The position numbers and the translations under genes were made by a program. Below, in pieces: positions 36,901 to 53,016 of a stretch of 64,000 nt of DNA (positions within the stretch are counted from its first letter, which is position 1; each line of letters begins with the position of its first letter). The notes under the pieces are model-generated. The model was not told where the DNA came from, searched no databases, and worked only from the letters and a program-made list of their open reading frames with translations. The stretch is taken from the NCBI RefSeq assembly GCF_009914755.1, contig NC_060933.1; one strand, 5' to 3'. Source of the DNA: the human T2T-CHM13v2.0 reference genome, Homo sapiens.

Positions 36901-37913
36901 AATTCTAAGTTCCCAAATCTTGATGTTTTACTTCTTAATATAGTCTGAGTTAACATACATTTGTGTTAGTAATAGCTCACTCTTGATGGATATTGAGCTA
37001 TCAGTGACAGTTTGTTTCTCTGTGTGTGTCAGTATGTGTGTGTGTTTTGTTTTAGAAGAAAATATCTTATGCCATAACGCCTTGTTTTCCTCATACTGGA
37101 ATTCTTCCATGGGGTTTTGTTTTTGCAGGCCAACCATCTATCCTTATTAAAGGCTGCATTTAGGGATCCAGCCCATTGACCCAGCCTGAGGAGACTTGCT
37201 TTGCTCCCTCGTTCATCATTCCCTACCCACTTTCCAAACTTTGTGTTAATTACAAAAAAAAAAAAAAAATTGATAAACACGTCTTCTAGCCTTGATTTAA
37301 GTCATTAACATATTCTGCCCAAGATAGAACTTAGACATTGAGAGGGAAGTATCCTTAAATTTCTAGGAGATGCTTCATTCTTTAAGCATTTGATGAATAT
37401 TTATTAAGCAAATTGTATGCTGGACAGCCATCATATTAGCCATGGTAAATACAACTTTTGGCCAAAATAAACTCTATTTTGTCATGGCATTTTCAGCTTA
37501 CAACTAGGAGAAATTTATTAATCAGATAATGATACAAATTAATTTTAAGTGTCCTGAAAGGGCTACACAGAGTAAAAATGTTCCTCTGAGGAAGTATTGA
37601 TTACACTGAGATCTGAACAATGAGCTAGACTAACTAGGTAAAAAAAGGTAAGAAAGGCTGATATTCCACTTAAATTTACTATGGCTATAGGTAACTTTAT
37701 ATTGGTTGAACTATTATCTTAATAGAATGTGAAACTGGTGAAGACAAAGTATTAATGTTAAAATAAACTTTAATGATATTCTAGTTCATAGTTAGCATAA
37801 CTTGATGCTTTGTGAGATGCAAGAATATGTTGTAAGTTAATAGTCCCCTGATTTTAACAAGTTCTCTGAAACTCGACAATTTGGAAAATCTGAAGCTAAT
37901 CGATTTAAACTAG

Positions 37914-38301
<388 letters not shown>

Positions 38302-38390
38302 AATTTAAACTAGTTTCTTAAGAACTTTTCAGATCCTTTATTACATCTAAACATATTGTGAAACTCTCAGACAGAGTTCTAGATAAAATA

Positions 38391-38485
38391 CAGTGTTTCC
38401 CAAACTTATTTGAATAGTATTCCTTTCTTCTGTGCCACATCTCTTAAATTTTTCCAGTTTCCAGAATATAGCCTGGGAAACACTG
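38391..38485. mobile_element. Short hAT-Charlie (MER5-like) MITE
   Basis: Perfect 12-bp terminal inverted repeats cagtgtttccca / tgggaaacactg. Confidence 0.7.
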
Positions 38486-39806
38486 ATTAAGTTTAACCCA
38501 TCCCCTCCACCCCCAATGCTTAAAAAACTTTTCTGTCAAATTATTATCAAGTCCTGTCTTGAACAGCCTCAATAAATGAGAAATACACCCAATTTTTTTC
38601 AAATAAATGAAATACTTAAGACTTTGCCTAATTATCTTAGTCTTGTGAATTTAACTCAGTTGCCTTTGCTGGTGCTCAGAAGCATCAAAACAGTAATTGT
38701 ATTTTGTGATTCTCAGGAGAAGAGCTGTATATTACAAAGGTGAACACTAGATTGGAAAAGACTGTTGGAGCCTGTATTAGTCCTATTTTATTTTTATAAG
38801 AAAGCCACTTGATGCTGTACAAGAAACATTTTCTAAACTTCATTAATAAATAAAAATAAAGAGCCTGCATATTAATAAATGATGAAAGTGCCTCTCTTGG
38901 TAATTTTTTAAGTATCTAAAAATAGTTTCAGTCTTTATCTACAAGTGTAATACAGTTGGAAGAGCCACTGAGAATGTCATTACATTGCATGTTTGTCAGT
39001 AGAAGTGGGGAGACCGAAGGGAACCCCATTGCTTGAGACGTAAGACATCTTTGTGCAGATCACTTACTCAATGCCGGCTATTTACAGTATTTTTCTTGAT
39101 TACTGTAGATTGTGCAATGTCACAATGGGGCCAAATTTATAGACCAAAGTGCAAAAGAATCAGATGGCCTTCTGGAGTGGAGCTGATCATTTTAATATGC
39201 TAATATATCATCACCATTTTGAGGCCATGCTTCTCTTATTACTCATATATCACATTAAATTGTTTACATGTCCTTCTCACTACTAGCCTGCAAGATTTTT
39301 TTTTTCAGGTTACAGCTATATCTGGTTTAACTCACTTTCCCTAGTGCTTAGCATATCTCCTGATATAAATTATGAAATAAAGATTCAAGCATTATTTATT
39401 AATTTTTCATTGTAACAAATGTCAAATTCCAAGAATTGCCTCTCTGAGACCCAACAGAATTGCATTCATGAAAATCCAATCATGAAAGTTTATACAAAAT
39501 CACCCTTCTTGGTGTTACAAGCTTGATGGTAGATGGAAATCAGCCCTTGCGGGAGTATTTACACCAAGGAGATTGGTAAGCACTACAAATCACTACCCTC
39601 TCCACTCTGGCTGTTAAACATTTATTAGTACAACATGTACTGTGCCTCATACAGTTTATCTCCAGCTCTCTTTCCTTTTCTCTTTCGGCCTCCAGTGCAG
39701 TCAGAGGATGTGGGGGGCTTAGAGTTTTCCTTTTCAACCTTGGCTGATTCTGTGCTCGACCTTGAAAAAATTCTCCCTGACCTTGCTTTTATTCTACAAT
39801 ATTCAC

Positions 39807-39834
39807 CTCTCTCTCTCTCTCTCTGTTTCCTTCC

Positions 39835-39865
<31 letters not shown>

Positions 39866-39883
39866 CCTCTCTCTCACTCTCTC
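39807..39883. repeat. (CT)n-rich microsatellite
   Basis: Direct reading. Confidence 0.9.
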
Positions 39884-39959
39884 AAACTCAATGACAGCAA
39901 AGCTCATTCAGACATTGGTTTTAATGGAAGAAAATCCATTTTGGTTAGCATTTTATAAT

Positions 39960-40200
39960 TAAGGAGCATAGCTTAAGAAAAAGCATGCATTTCAGAATTG
40001 GAGTTGAAATCCTTGCTCCACCTTTTATCTGTGTCCTTGAAGGAGTTACTTAACCTTACTAATCCTCTGTTCTGTAATCTGTAAAGGAGACAATAAAACC
40101 AATCACATAAGTTTGCTGTGAGGATTATATGAGAACATGTATCTAAAATGTCTAACAGAGTGCCTGGTACAGAATAGGTAGACAATAAGCGTAGCTCTCT
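39960..40200 (+). mobile_element. MIR SINE, near full length
   Basis: gttacttaacctt..atctgtaaag..gtgaggatta..agtgcctggtacagaatag. Confidence 0.82.
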
Positions 40201-40883
40201 TATTATGCCATGTTTTTCTTTTAGGATTAGAAATGGACCTTTACTCTGACAGCAGCACATCTGTGTTTAAAAAATAATTGGAGAAGAAGGACCTGAAATA
40301 GATGCCTGGCTTTGTCACTTAAGTGTTGCATGATCTGGGCAGAACGCTTGTAATCTCAGTGTTCCCACTTGTGAGAAAGGATAATGATACCTCACTTGCC
40401 TCCCTCACAGTACAATTGAGAAAATTAAATGAGATAATACATGCAGAAAAATCTTTGAAAACAAATACAGGTATGTGTATTAAGAGGCGACTTAAAAATC
40501 CATGTATCCTGAACAAAAATTTCCACTTTTTTCAAACTGGAAAAAAATTATTAGAAAAAGAATATGTACAGAATTTGCATAAAACAAATCATTGCAATGG
40601 TGTTACTGATAAGAAAATTGAAAATAAGCTAGATATTCAATGAGAAAAAATTATTAAGTAGATTCAAATACATCCATATAGTGGAGTGGTCTGCAGACAT
40701 TAAAATCATTTTATAGTAAATCTAAAAGAATGTATACCACATTGTTAAAAGAAGTCAACACTGGGTGATAGAATTGTTGGTGTTTTATTGATTTTGCTCC
40801 TCTAAATATTCCAATTAATTTATGACTAATATACATAACAATGTATTATTATTAATGTATAATAATAAAAATACATGTTTTAG

Positions 40884-41206
<323 letters not shown>

Positions 41207-41282
41207 TATGTTACATTTATAATTAGAGGAGAAGCACTAAAATACATCAATGAAACATGAGGAAGCAATATTTACATATTAG

Positions 41283-41655
<373 letters not shown>

Positions 41656-41772
41656 AGGACAGCTGATTTTTCTAAAAGGATACTCTGAAAGGAATATCAG
41701 TTGATTTTCAGAGTTTCATAGATGTAAGACCTTATCCAATACCTTGACAATTACCTCATACATGTTAGTGTT

Positions 41773-42168
<396 letters not shown>

Positions 42169-42429
42169 TAAGAAATAGGATTTTCCATGTCCAATTAGTT
42201 CTTGTTTCCCAATTTGAGTAAGAAAGTTTCTTCATTTGGGCACTGCTATTTTTATACATTAAATGCAATGGTTAAGAAATTGGATCCATGATGGTGGAGA
42301 GGGATGTGTGTGTTAGCTGAAGTGTGGAACTTCCAAGGCTACTGAAAGGAAAGATTTGGTTTATGCTTCTCAAATAGGTGCATTCAGTATACTGCTCTTT
42401 TCTCTGTCAAAGTCCCCAATTCAAATTGA

Positions 42430-42771
<342 letters not shown>

Positions 42772-45372
42772 CTTTGCTAAATTTTACTGATCAAGTTATA
42801 GATACATATTCTGAGGTTGGCAGGTGAAATTCTGAAGACACGCTTTCTACGCGTCTCAGAAATGTAGTCACAGTATTGGCAGAGCTCTAAAAGAAGATCC
42901 AAGAGCTAAAGTTGCTGAGGTTCTGGGATCTGCCCTGACTCCTAAGATTGAAGATTGTTCCATCCAGTTTTCCATGCTCTGAACTACCCCATTTTCCTTC
43001 TAATAAATTAGTTTCCTTTTAATCTAATAGACTAGGCAATAGGTTTCTGTTGCTTACAACAAAAAGAATGTTAATTAATAAAGCATGTTCCTATTTTTAA
43101 AAAAGAACCATTAGTTGGATAAAGAGTGTGTGATTACTCAATATTAACTATGTCATTGATAATGGTCGTGGACACACTTATCCCAAATCTGCTTCTAAGG
43201 ACCAATATGGCAAAAGAGAATGAACTTATACCAAAGCTGAAGGCAAATTACCCAAAGCTGCTGAGAGAGAATTGCTGGAATGGGATTTATGTCATAAAAT
43301 AGGGACCAACCTGCATTAAGTGTAAAGTATGAACTGAAAATAGGAATGGAAGACAACGGGCAAATTTGGTGGCTAGTGAGAGACATAGATCGGTGCCTGA
43401 AGTTTTGTGATTCTAGCTGGGCAGGTAAGAAAAATGATGTTCCATGGGGTGGGCAGTATTTATACAAGGGAGAACAAATCTTTTTAAAGAAGCCCTGCAG
43501 CATGAAACATTGTTTCTTTAGTGTAAAAGAAATATTGGTGAACATTGTTATAATGTTTCCATGTCCTGCACAGATGTTATTACTATGCTTAATCTAATGT
43601 CTATACCAGTGATCTTCACCTCTGATTTTTGAATAGGCCGTGACATCTTCAATTATCTCAAGATACACTGAAAATTTCTCAAAGATTCTTGAAACAGAAT
43701 TAAATGTCATACCTGCTAATTATAAAAATAAATGCAAGTAAGACATACTTTATGTCATTGAATTAAACTGAAGGCTTTTAAATGCTGCTTGTTCATGGAG
43801 GTTTGGAACTGCTGATTTGGGAACTGCAGGATTAGGCAAATGTATCAAAAGATGCAGGCAGAGAAAGCTGTGCTTGTGATGGGGAGAGATTGAGAGCTGG
43901 TGAGAAAAGCTGTTGAGTGGAGAACACCTTGTCACTTATTATAGTTAAGATAGCTTGGTTTGCCTTAGGCTCTTTATTTTAATGTAGATGTCTGAGAGTG
44001 AGTGGGTGATTGAGGGAAATGGAGAGAGGTTATGTGTCTTCACAGGGCAAGATAGCAATTGAATGACTACCAAACCCATCCCCTGTGATGTTAATATATG
44101 CACTCATTGTTCCACCCTGTTTTCCAGTAACGGTAAACAACATTTGTCACTTGCAATAGACTACTTTTCACTTCCAAACTGATGGTGAGCTGGCATTTGT
44201 ATTTCAAGTACCAAAGCTTAGGCTGCAGAAGCAGAAAGCCCAGAAAAGATGTATGCGGTGGGTGGAGAGAGAGGATAGGACAAGGCTTGCATGTGCAATA
44301 CAGCGAATCGTTCGTAAGTCTGGCCTCCATGACAGGAGATGGCCTAATGCCTCATTAATTCCCGCAGAGATGACGATGATGTATCACCCCCTTTCAATCT
44401 GAAACTAAGTAATGCATTCAGAAAAAAAAACTAATTTGTACACATTTAATGCATTCATTAAGCTATTAGTCTTTCAACAAGAGATTTAATAACAAATTAA
44501 CATTTCTTTTAAATAAAAAAAAATACCCTCAACAGCCCCCAGTTAATACAATTATTTTGTGTTTTGAGTGCAGTGGATTACAAGAGAAAACACTTGGTAC
44601 TAGAGTGCGTGTGAAAAAGACCATGTTGGGTCATTCTCATTTATTACATAATTAGTCACCGTAGGACATTGTTTTCCATGAATAACAAGTGTTTCGGTGG
44701 AACAAAAGGACTCGTGGAAGTAGATGTGAGAAAGTCAAAGACAAAAACCAAAAGTCCAAAATGGGTAATTTTGTGATTTGGATCATGATAAACTGGAAAA
44801 AAAAAAAAAGGTTTATTTCAATCATAACGTTTGTGAAACAAGCAAAATTGATTTTGGTCAAATATCAATATTTACCTAACAGTCATTTAGTTCCTTTTAT
44901 ATGTTGGGCACTGGGCTAGATGATGTCAGAGATTAAACATACAGACAAACAAAAAGATGTATTCTTTATCTCAACAAGGTTTCCTTGAATATCTACTATG
45001 TGACATGTGACATGCTGAGCAAGATGAATAAATCATAGCCTGTTTTCTTGAGGAAGTTACAGATGACTGTGGAAGATGTGAGCAAAAAACCCAAATACAA
45101 TTTATAAAATCTTAAAATATAAGAATAGACAAAGTGCTTTGAAAACAAAGATAAAGGAGGCTGTAACTCAAATAAGAGATTTGGAGCAAGCTTTCTGTGG
45201 AGTGAAGTTTAAGCTGGGAATGCAGCTTAAATTTAAAATTGGAATACATTAGACAGGCAGATATGGGTGGAAAGTACACTCTACATTTAGTGACAGCATG
45301 AGAAAATATACAAAGGAAACCTGTAATGCATAATAAAAACAAACAAACAAATAAATACTTGGATTTGGCTTC

Positions 45373-45720
45373 TGTCTTATCAGTTCAGGCTGCTATAACA
45401 GAATACCATAGACGGGGTGGCTTCAACAACAAGCATTTATTTCTCAAAGTTATAGAGCGTAGGAATTTCAAGATGCAGGTGCTGGCAGATTTGGTGCCTG
45501 GTGAGAGTCCTCTTTTTGATTTCCAGACAGCCCTCTTCTCCTTGTGCCCTCACATAGCAGAAAGAGAGCAAGAGAGCTCTGTGGGGTCTTTATTAGAAGG
45601 GCCCTATTACCTTTAATGGGGGTTTCACCCTCATGATCTCACAGAAGCCCTGCCTCCTAATACTATCACAATGGGGGTTAAGACTGTGAACTCTGGAGGG
45701 ACACACTTTATCTATAATAG
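45373..45720 (-). mobile_element. MLT1A-type MaLR solo LTR
   Basis: tgtctta..ttcaggctgctataacagaataccatagac..ggtggctt..aacaacaagcatttatttctca. Confidence 0.85.
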
Positions 45721-46189
45721 CCATTCTATTGGACATTAACCACTTTCTTTTTTCCATGGATTCCAAAGCATTTTATTATGTGAGTTTGAATTTAGTTCTT
45801 TTCTATAGAAGCAGAGAAGACTTAGAGATTACACATATTGATTAGGGTCCACAAATAAATTCATATGGTATCTTCAAAATGGGCTTTACCAAGCAATATA
45901 GCTAAAGTATTATGTTCCTTTTGAGAATACAATCTTTTTTCACTTTCTGTAGTTAACTATCTCAAGGTGATACAAATTCCAATATACTCTATTAAATAAA
46001 TGCAGGAATTTTATAGCACTCTAAATAGGTATAGCTCAAGGACATAGCCTCCTATTCTTCTACACTTACCCTCATCAAATTTCCTATTTGTTTATATCAT
46101 CCATAGCACATTATGTACGTTTTTAGTCATAGGCAATCATATTGCATGCATTCCCTCCCTTAAGTATGTGCCTTCAAAATAAACCTGAT

Positions 46190-46284
46190 ACTATATATAT
46201 ACATATATGTGTGTGTGTGTGTGTGTATATATATATACGTGTGTACATATATATATATATATGAGATATATGATGCATATATAT

Positions 46285-46286
<2 letters not shown>
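46190..46286. repeat. (TA)n/(TG)n compound microsatellite at the AluJ tail position
   Basis: Direct reading. Confidence 0.9.
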
Positions 46287-46893
<607 letters not shown>

Positions 46894-47544
46894 ATTAATT
46901 ATAATTAAAAGTAAACTCTAGAGTAAAATTTGTTATATTAGTCAATCTATTAATGGAAGTATGCACTGTGTTTTCTTTACCATATACATACTGCTTTGGT
47001 TTGAAGAAGATCTTTAAATTATTCCTGAGAAAAGACTCTATGCTGATTGACATCTGCACAATGTTAGTTATTAATATTATTCCACGTCTGACGGATTTCT
47101 CCCACCATGATATACTTTGAAAGTTCCTGGGGTGAACTTTGATTTGTCACCTTGGGAACCAAAGAAAGAAGAAATAAATCTTGAGAAAGCTCAACATCCA
47201 TCTTTTTGGAACAGTAAAGAAGCAAATGAGTAAATAACATCTACATAAATATTCGATGTCTATATGCACACCCGAACTTTGAAGAACATCTGTCTTCCTG
47301 CCACTAATGATTTTGTTCCAGATGTAATCCAAATATGTTTGCAAATGGGGAGTAGAGAGGTTAGCACAATCTACTTTGCAAGCAGTTGTTGGTTATCATA
47401 GCTATTTTTGTTTCTTTTTAAAAACATATACATTTCAAAAGTGATATGGCACCCCACAATGATTATGTTTGAAATGATAGTAAAATAAATCTAATATTGC
47501 CCTTGGCTTTGCTCTGATGTTCCTCAACTTAAAAAGAGAGACAA

Positions 47545-48650
47545 TATGGTGTAAGGGCAAGAATGTGGATTTTGGAGTCAGAAAGCTTTTGAAGGCTTGC
47601 CGGTCAACAGCTTTTCGTATAATGATATGAGCAAACTCCCCATTTATGCCTTTGATTTCCCATATGACCTTGAAAAAAGCCATTCTTAATAATAGACTGA
47701 ATAATAGAGTATTATTTATTATGTATCAGTTATCTTAAGTGCATTACATGAAATAACATTTTTATAGTCTTCCTATCTGCCCTATAAATTTTGTGCTGTT
47801 AATATTCCAATTTTAGACATGAGAAAACCAAGACATAGTGAGGTGATGTAATCTGCACAGAGACCTGGAGCTAGGGTAGAAAATTCATGTTGTCCAAAAC
47901 AAATTCAAAACCTCAACTCAAAGCAGCCACATTCTAATGTCTGTTGTTTAGCAACACGTCCTCAGATAATTGCAGAGTGCAGCAGCTACTAAACAGCAAC
48001 AGTATCAGTAAACATAAAAACAGCTAACACTTGTTTAGGTACTTACTACATGACTGCTATCGCCCTGACAACTTACTGCTTTTAATCTCATAAAGTCTTC
48101 CCCATAACCCAATGAGGTAAGTCCTCTTATAGGCAAGGAATGGGAGGCAGAACAAATAAAGCCCTAGGTCATAAAGTTATTAAAGGCTAGGGCAAAAACT
48201 TGTATTCTGGTATGACTGGGTTGGCTCTAGATGCTATATGTTTACTTTTCTTTCTTTTCTTTTCTTTATTCTCTTTTCTTTCTTTTTTCCCTCCTCTCCC
48301 TCCCTTTCTCCCTCCCTCCCTCCCTCCCTCCTTTTTTTCTTTCCTTCCTTCCTTCCTTCCTTCCTTTGTTATGGCACACCTTTAATATTTCTTGAATGAA
48401 TGGGTAAATTTTCCCTTTCTTAGTCCTAATTCTTCACTGCAAACTGGTTATGATTAATAATAGCTCTCAATAATGAAATATTATCACAATTTTGTGAAAG
48501 AGGCATTATTATCATTCCTCTTTTATGATGACACTGAGGCTGGAGAAAGGTTCAGCCATTTCATCAAATGTACTCATTTAGGAAAAGATAGAACCGAGCC
48601 TCAGAACTGGCCTTCACAGTCCAAGTGCTCTGTGCCTCACCTTCTCCATG
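47545..48650. mobile_element. Cluster of about four MIR fragments (one sense, others antisense)
   Basis: ttttggagtcaga (sense); ccaattttagacatgagaaaacca, cccaatgaggtaag, gatgacactgaggctgg (antisense). Confidence 0.65.
48245..48367. repeat. CT-rich / (CCTT)n low-complexity tract
   Basis: Direct reading. Confidence 0.9.
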
Positions 48651-49285
48651 TTTCCTCCTCTAAAGTGTGAACTGTCTAGATGAAATGTTCTTATGTATTG
48701 GATGTTTTGTGATTGTAGACTCATGCTCTTCCCTAGACTACGTATTTCTTTATTTATTATAGCAACTTGGAAATAAATATATCCAATTTAGTACTAGGCA
48801 GAGGTAAAAGGCAGAGAGCTGAGTCACTGCAATGTTCAAGATTTTAAAAGCCATTTGCAGCTTGCAACATAGAAAGTACAGGAAGAAAGACTTGACACAT
48901 TGAAATTCAAACGTATCTTTCTGGCAGCAAACTATCTCTGGGTCCTGGGAAGCCTGAGTCTGGGTGAGCTGAGAAGTAATGAAGCCCTGCGTCTCATGTC
49001 ATTGACTCTGGCATTTCAAGTACCACATTCATAACAGTAGACGCAAACCGCTGGGTCCCTTTCTACTCCACTAAATTGAAGTGGTTCCGCAGGGGAATAT
49101 GGCAACAGGGATGAAAGCAAAATAACATTTCTTTTTCCACTGTAAAAAGAGAAGGTGCTGATGATGTTTATTCAAAAGAGCAACATCTAGAAATTGTGCT
49201 GGGACATGGTGACATTATGCCCAGCCATGCTTCAGTGAAACGTTCAACATCTTAGAGGGTGCGGACACATGCTATCACGGGGTTG

Positions 49286-49481
49286 CTTTCTTTCTTTTTC
49301 CTTCCTTCCTTCCTTCCCTCTCTTTCTCTCCTCTTTCTCTCTTCCTCTCTCTCTTCCTCTCTTTCTTTCTTTCTCTCTCTCTCTCCTTTCTTTCTCTTTC
49401 TTTCTCTCTCTCTTTCTCTCTCTTCTTTCTTTCTTTCCCTTCCTTCCTTCCTTTCTCTTTTCTTTTCCTTTCTTCCTTCTT
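49286..49481. repeat. Polypyrimidine tract (CT/CCTT)
   Basis: ~195 bp purely C/T. Confidence 0.95.
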
Positions 49482-49536
49482 AAAATAATGATATTCAGGA
49501 CTAAAGATGTTTCTCATTCCACCCCAATCATTCCCT

Positions 49537-50124
49537 CTGTGTAACAGCTTGGTGTTTTGGTTTCCATTAACAGAAACCCAGATGCAAATTAGCTTAACAT
49601 AGGTTAAAAATGTTTAATGGATCCCATGTTTGAAAAATCAAGGTTACTAGTTTCTGACAATGCTGGATATAGGGGCACAAATGATATGATGAGAATTCAT
49701 CATTTCCTTCCCAATCATGTATTTTTCTCCATTTTGCCTCTATTTTCTTAGAATTTTGTTTTCCCATGGTTCTAATATTGCTTCTAGTATCTTCTGGGGT
49801 TACCTCTTTTTTAAATCCTATCTAACAGAAAAAAAAAAAGAGTGAGTCTGCTTTTCTGATAGCTTAAAATATATCCCAGAATTTAGTCCTTTGTCTCTGA
49901 TTAGCTTGACGTAGCAACATATCTATCCCTGAAACAATCTTATTAGCAGTATGCAGCATTTTATTTCCTTAAGCTCCCCTTAGAGCTACAGATGGACTCA
50001 ACTCCAACAGAATATATAGATTGAGAGTGGAGGAAAGATGCCACTCTTCAAATAAAATCTGAGATTTTTGCAAAAGAAGAGTAAATGAATGCTGGGTAAC
50101 AAAAACAAACTGTATTCAATGAAC
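49537..50124 (-). mobile_element. Old MLT1 (K/L-like) MaLR LTR
   Basis: ttggtttccattaacagaaaccca..ctagcttaa-like start and ..ctgggtaacaaaaacaaac..aca end. Confidence 0.6.
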
Positions 50125-51182
50125 ATGTCCTTCTATTAGACCTCAAAGACATAATAACTAATTAAATTCTAATCAACCACAGAACTGAAAGATCCATTAC
50201 ATCTCATGTAGCTCTGAGATTGCATATTCATGGCTCAAGGAGTGGATTTATTTTTAAAAATGTATATTTCTAAGACGTATACAGTTTGTTTCTTTATTGT
50301 AATGGGACTTGATACATTTTTTCTGGAGATAAATAGTTGCTTTATTCTTTAGCCAAATATACATGCTTCAGTTCACCATATCTCAACTATTCTATATTGT
50401 CTCCTCAACACAGGAGACCAATTTAAGGAATCAGAATTCAATATATTTGTCCTGCTGACATTTTTGAAGCAGAAAAAAAAAATGTGGCTCTAATAAAATC
50501 TTGGTGGTGGTAGAATGAGTGTTTTATGTGCATCAAGAAAATGGAAGCAGATACGTTCTTTGGGGAAGTAAAGAATAGCCTTAGAAGTTTAATAAGCCAA
50601 CACTTAAGGTATGTAATTTACATTTTAAAAAGTAGGCTTTTGCATTGGAACCTGTCAGTTTTTTCATCGTTTTACGGAAGGTGAGATTAAGACTAAAGAT
50701 GTTAGCATCTTGACGAGATCCCATACAGAAGTAATGGAGCTGAGATTATTGGGTCCACATGTTTTTCTCTCATCCCACACTTCTCAGCCCCCACCACACA
50801 CACCATGAACACATTGTAGAAAATTGGGAAAATAGAGGAAAAAAATTTTATTTAAACTGTAAAATTAATGTAAATACTTGCAGAGAAAAAATCTCACCTA
50901 TAATTTTACCACACTAAAAGCAAAGTTATTTTTTTCTTCTCTGTTACTCTTAATACCTATTATTTTATATTGTAATTACAGTATGTATGCAACACTGTGC
51001 CTGTTTTGTTAAAATGTTTTATATGCAGTTATTTTTGTCGTGATATACTGTTCATCACTATGAAATGTGCACATAATTATCCAAGAACAAATGTGCTGCA
51101 ATTTTGTGACCCTTCCTTTTCTTTTTTTCTTTGCACATTCTGCAAACTTTTCTTTTTTTTTTTTTCTTAGCTGTTACTTTTC

Positions 51183-53016
51183 TTTTTTTTTTTTTTTTTT
51201 TAGTATTTATTGATCATTCTTGGGTGTTTCTCGGAGAGAGGGATTTGGCAGGGTCATACGACAATAGTGGAGGGAAGGTCAGCAGATAAACATGTGAACA
51301 AGGGTCTCTGGTTTTCCTAGGCAGAGGACCCTGCGGCCTTCCGCAGTGTTTGTGTCCCTGGGTACTTGAGATTAGGGAGTGGTGATGACTCTTAACCAGC
51401 ATGCTGCCTTCAAGCATCTGTTTAACAAAGCACATCTTGCCCGCCCTTAATCCATTTAACCCTGAGTGGACACAGCACATGTTTCAGAGAGCACGGGGTT
51501 GGGGGTAAGGTTATAGATTAACAGCATCCCAAGGCAGAAGAATTTTTCTTAGAACAGAACAAAATGGAGTCTCCTATGTCTACTTCTTTCTACACAGACA
51601 CCGCAACAATCTGATTTCTCTTTCTTTTCCCCACATTTCCCCCCTTTCTATTCGACAAAACCGCCATCGTCATCATGGCCCGTTCTCAATGAGCTGTTGG
51701 GCACACCTCCCAGATGGAGTGGCGGCCGGGCAGAGGGGCTCCTCACTTCCCAGACGGGGCAGCCGGGCAGAGGCGCCCCCCACCTCCCGGACGGGGCAGC
51801 TGCCGGGCGGGGGCTGCCCCCAACCTCCCTCCCGGACTGGGCGGCAGGCTGGGCGGGGGCTGACCCCCCACCTCCCTCCCGGACGGGGCAGCTGGCCGGG
51901 CGTGGGCTGCCCCCCACCTTCCTCCCGGACGGGGCAGCTGGCCGGGCGGGGGATGCCCCCCACCTCCCTCCCGGATGGGGCGGCTGGCCAGGCGGGGGAT
52001 GCCCCCCACCTCCTGGACAGGGCGGCTGCCGGTCAGAGGGGCTCCTCACTTCCCAGATGGGGCGGCTGCCGGGCGGAGGGGCTCCTCACTTCTCAGACAG
52101 GGTGGCCAGGCAGAGATGCTCCTCACCTCCCAGACGGGGTGGCGGTTGGGCAGAGACACTCCTCAGTTCCCAGACGGGGTTGCGGCCGGGCAGAGGCGCT
52201 CCCCACATCTCAGACGATGGGCGGCCGGGCAGAGACGCTCCTCACTTCCCAGAGGGATGGCAGCCGGGAAGAGGCGCTCCTCACTTCCCAGACTGGGCAG
52301 CTGGGCAGAGGGGCTCCTCACATCCCAGACGATGGGCGGCCAGGCAGAGACACTCCTCAGTTCCCAGACGGGGTCACGGCCGGGCAGAGGTGCTCTTCAT
52401 ATCTCAGACTGGGCGGCCTGGCAGAGGGGCTCCTCACATCCCAGACGATGGGCGGCCAGGCAGAGACGCTCCTCACTTCCCAGACGGGGTGGCGGCCGGG
52501 CAGAGGCTGCAATCTCGGCACTTTGGGAGGCCAAGGCAGGCGGCTGGGAGGTGGAGGTTGTAGCCAGCCGAGATCACGCCACTGCACTCCAGCCTGGGCA
52601 ACATTGAGCACTGAGTGAGCGAGACTCCGTCTGCAATCCCGGCACCTCGGGAGGCCGAGGCGGGCAGGTCACTCGCGGTCAGGAGCTGGAGACCAGCCTG
52701 GCCAACACGGCGAAACCCCTTCTCCACCAAAAAATACAGAAACCAGTCAGGCGTGGCGGCGCGCGCCTGTAATCCCAGGCACTCGGCAGGCTGAGGCAGG
52801 AGAATCAGGCAGGGAGGTTGCAGTGAGCCGAGATGGCGGCAGTACAGTCCAGCCTCGGCTGGGCATCAGAGGGAGACCGTGGAGAGAGAGCGAGAAGGAG
52901 ACCGTGGAGAGAGAGGGAGAGGGAGACCGTGGAGAGGGAGAGGGAGAGGGAGACCGTGGAGAGGGAGAGGGAGACCGTGGAGAGGGAGAGGGAGAGGGAG
53001 AGGGAGAGGGAGGCAA
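51183..53016 (-). mobile_element. Full-length SVA retrotransposon (SVA_B/C-type)
   Basis: Poly(T) 51183-51201, SINE-R ~51202-51700, GC-rich VNTR ~51700-52500, Alu-like ~52500-52870, (GGGAGA)n hexamer ~52870-53012; 12-bp TSD ctgttacttttc at 51171-51182 and 53017-53028; ggttatagattaacagcatccc is the older-subfamily variant. Confidence 0.97.

Noticed and set aside
51115-51170. T-rich stretches left of the SVA as a 3' transduction
   Set aside because: The 12-bp TSD directly abuts the SVA poly(T), so these tracts lie outside the insertion
51689-52618. 309-aa, 288-aa and 210-aa ORFs as protein-coding genes
   Set aside because: They lie in the GC-rich SVA VNTR/Alu-like region; the repetitive peptides (LLTSQT, APHFPD) reflect the tandem unit and stop-codon scarcity
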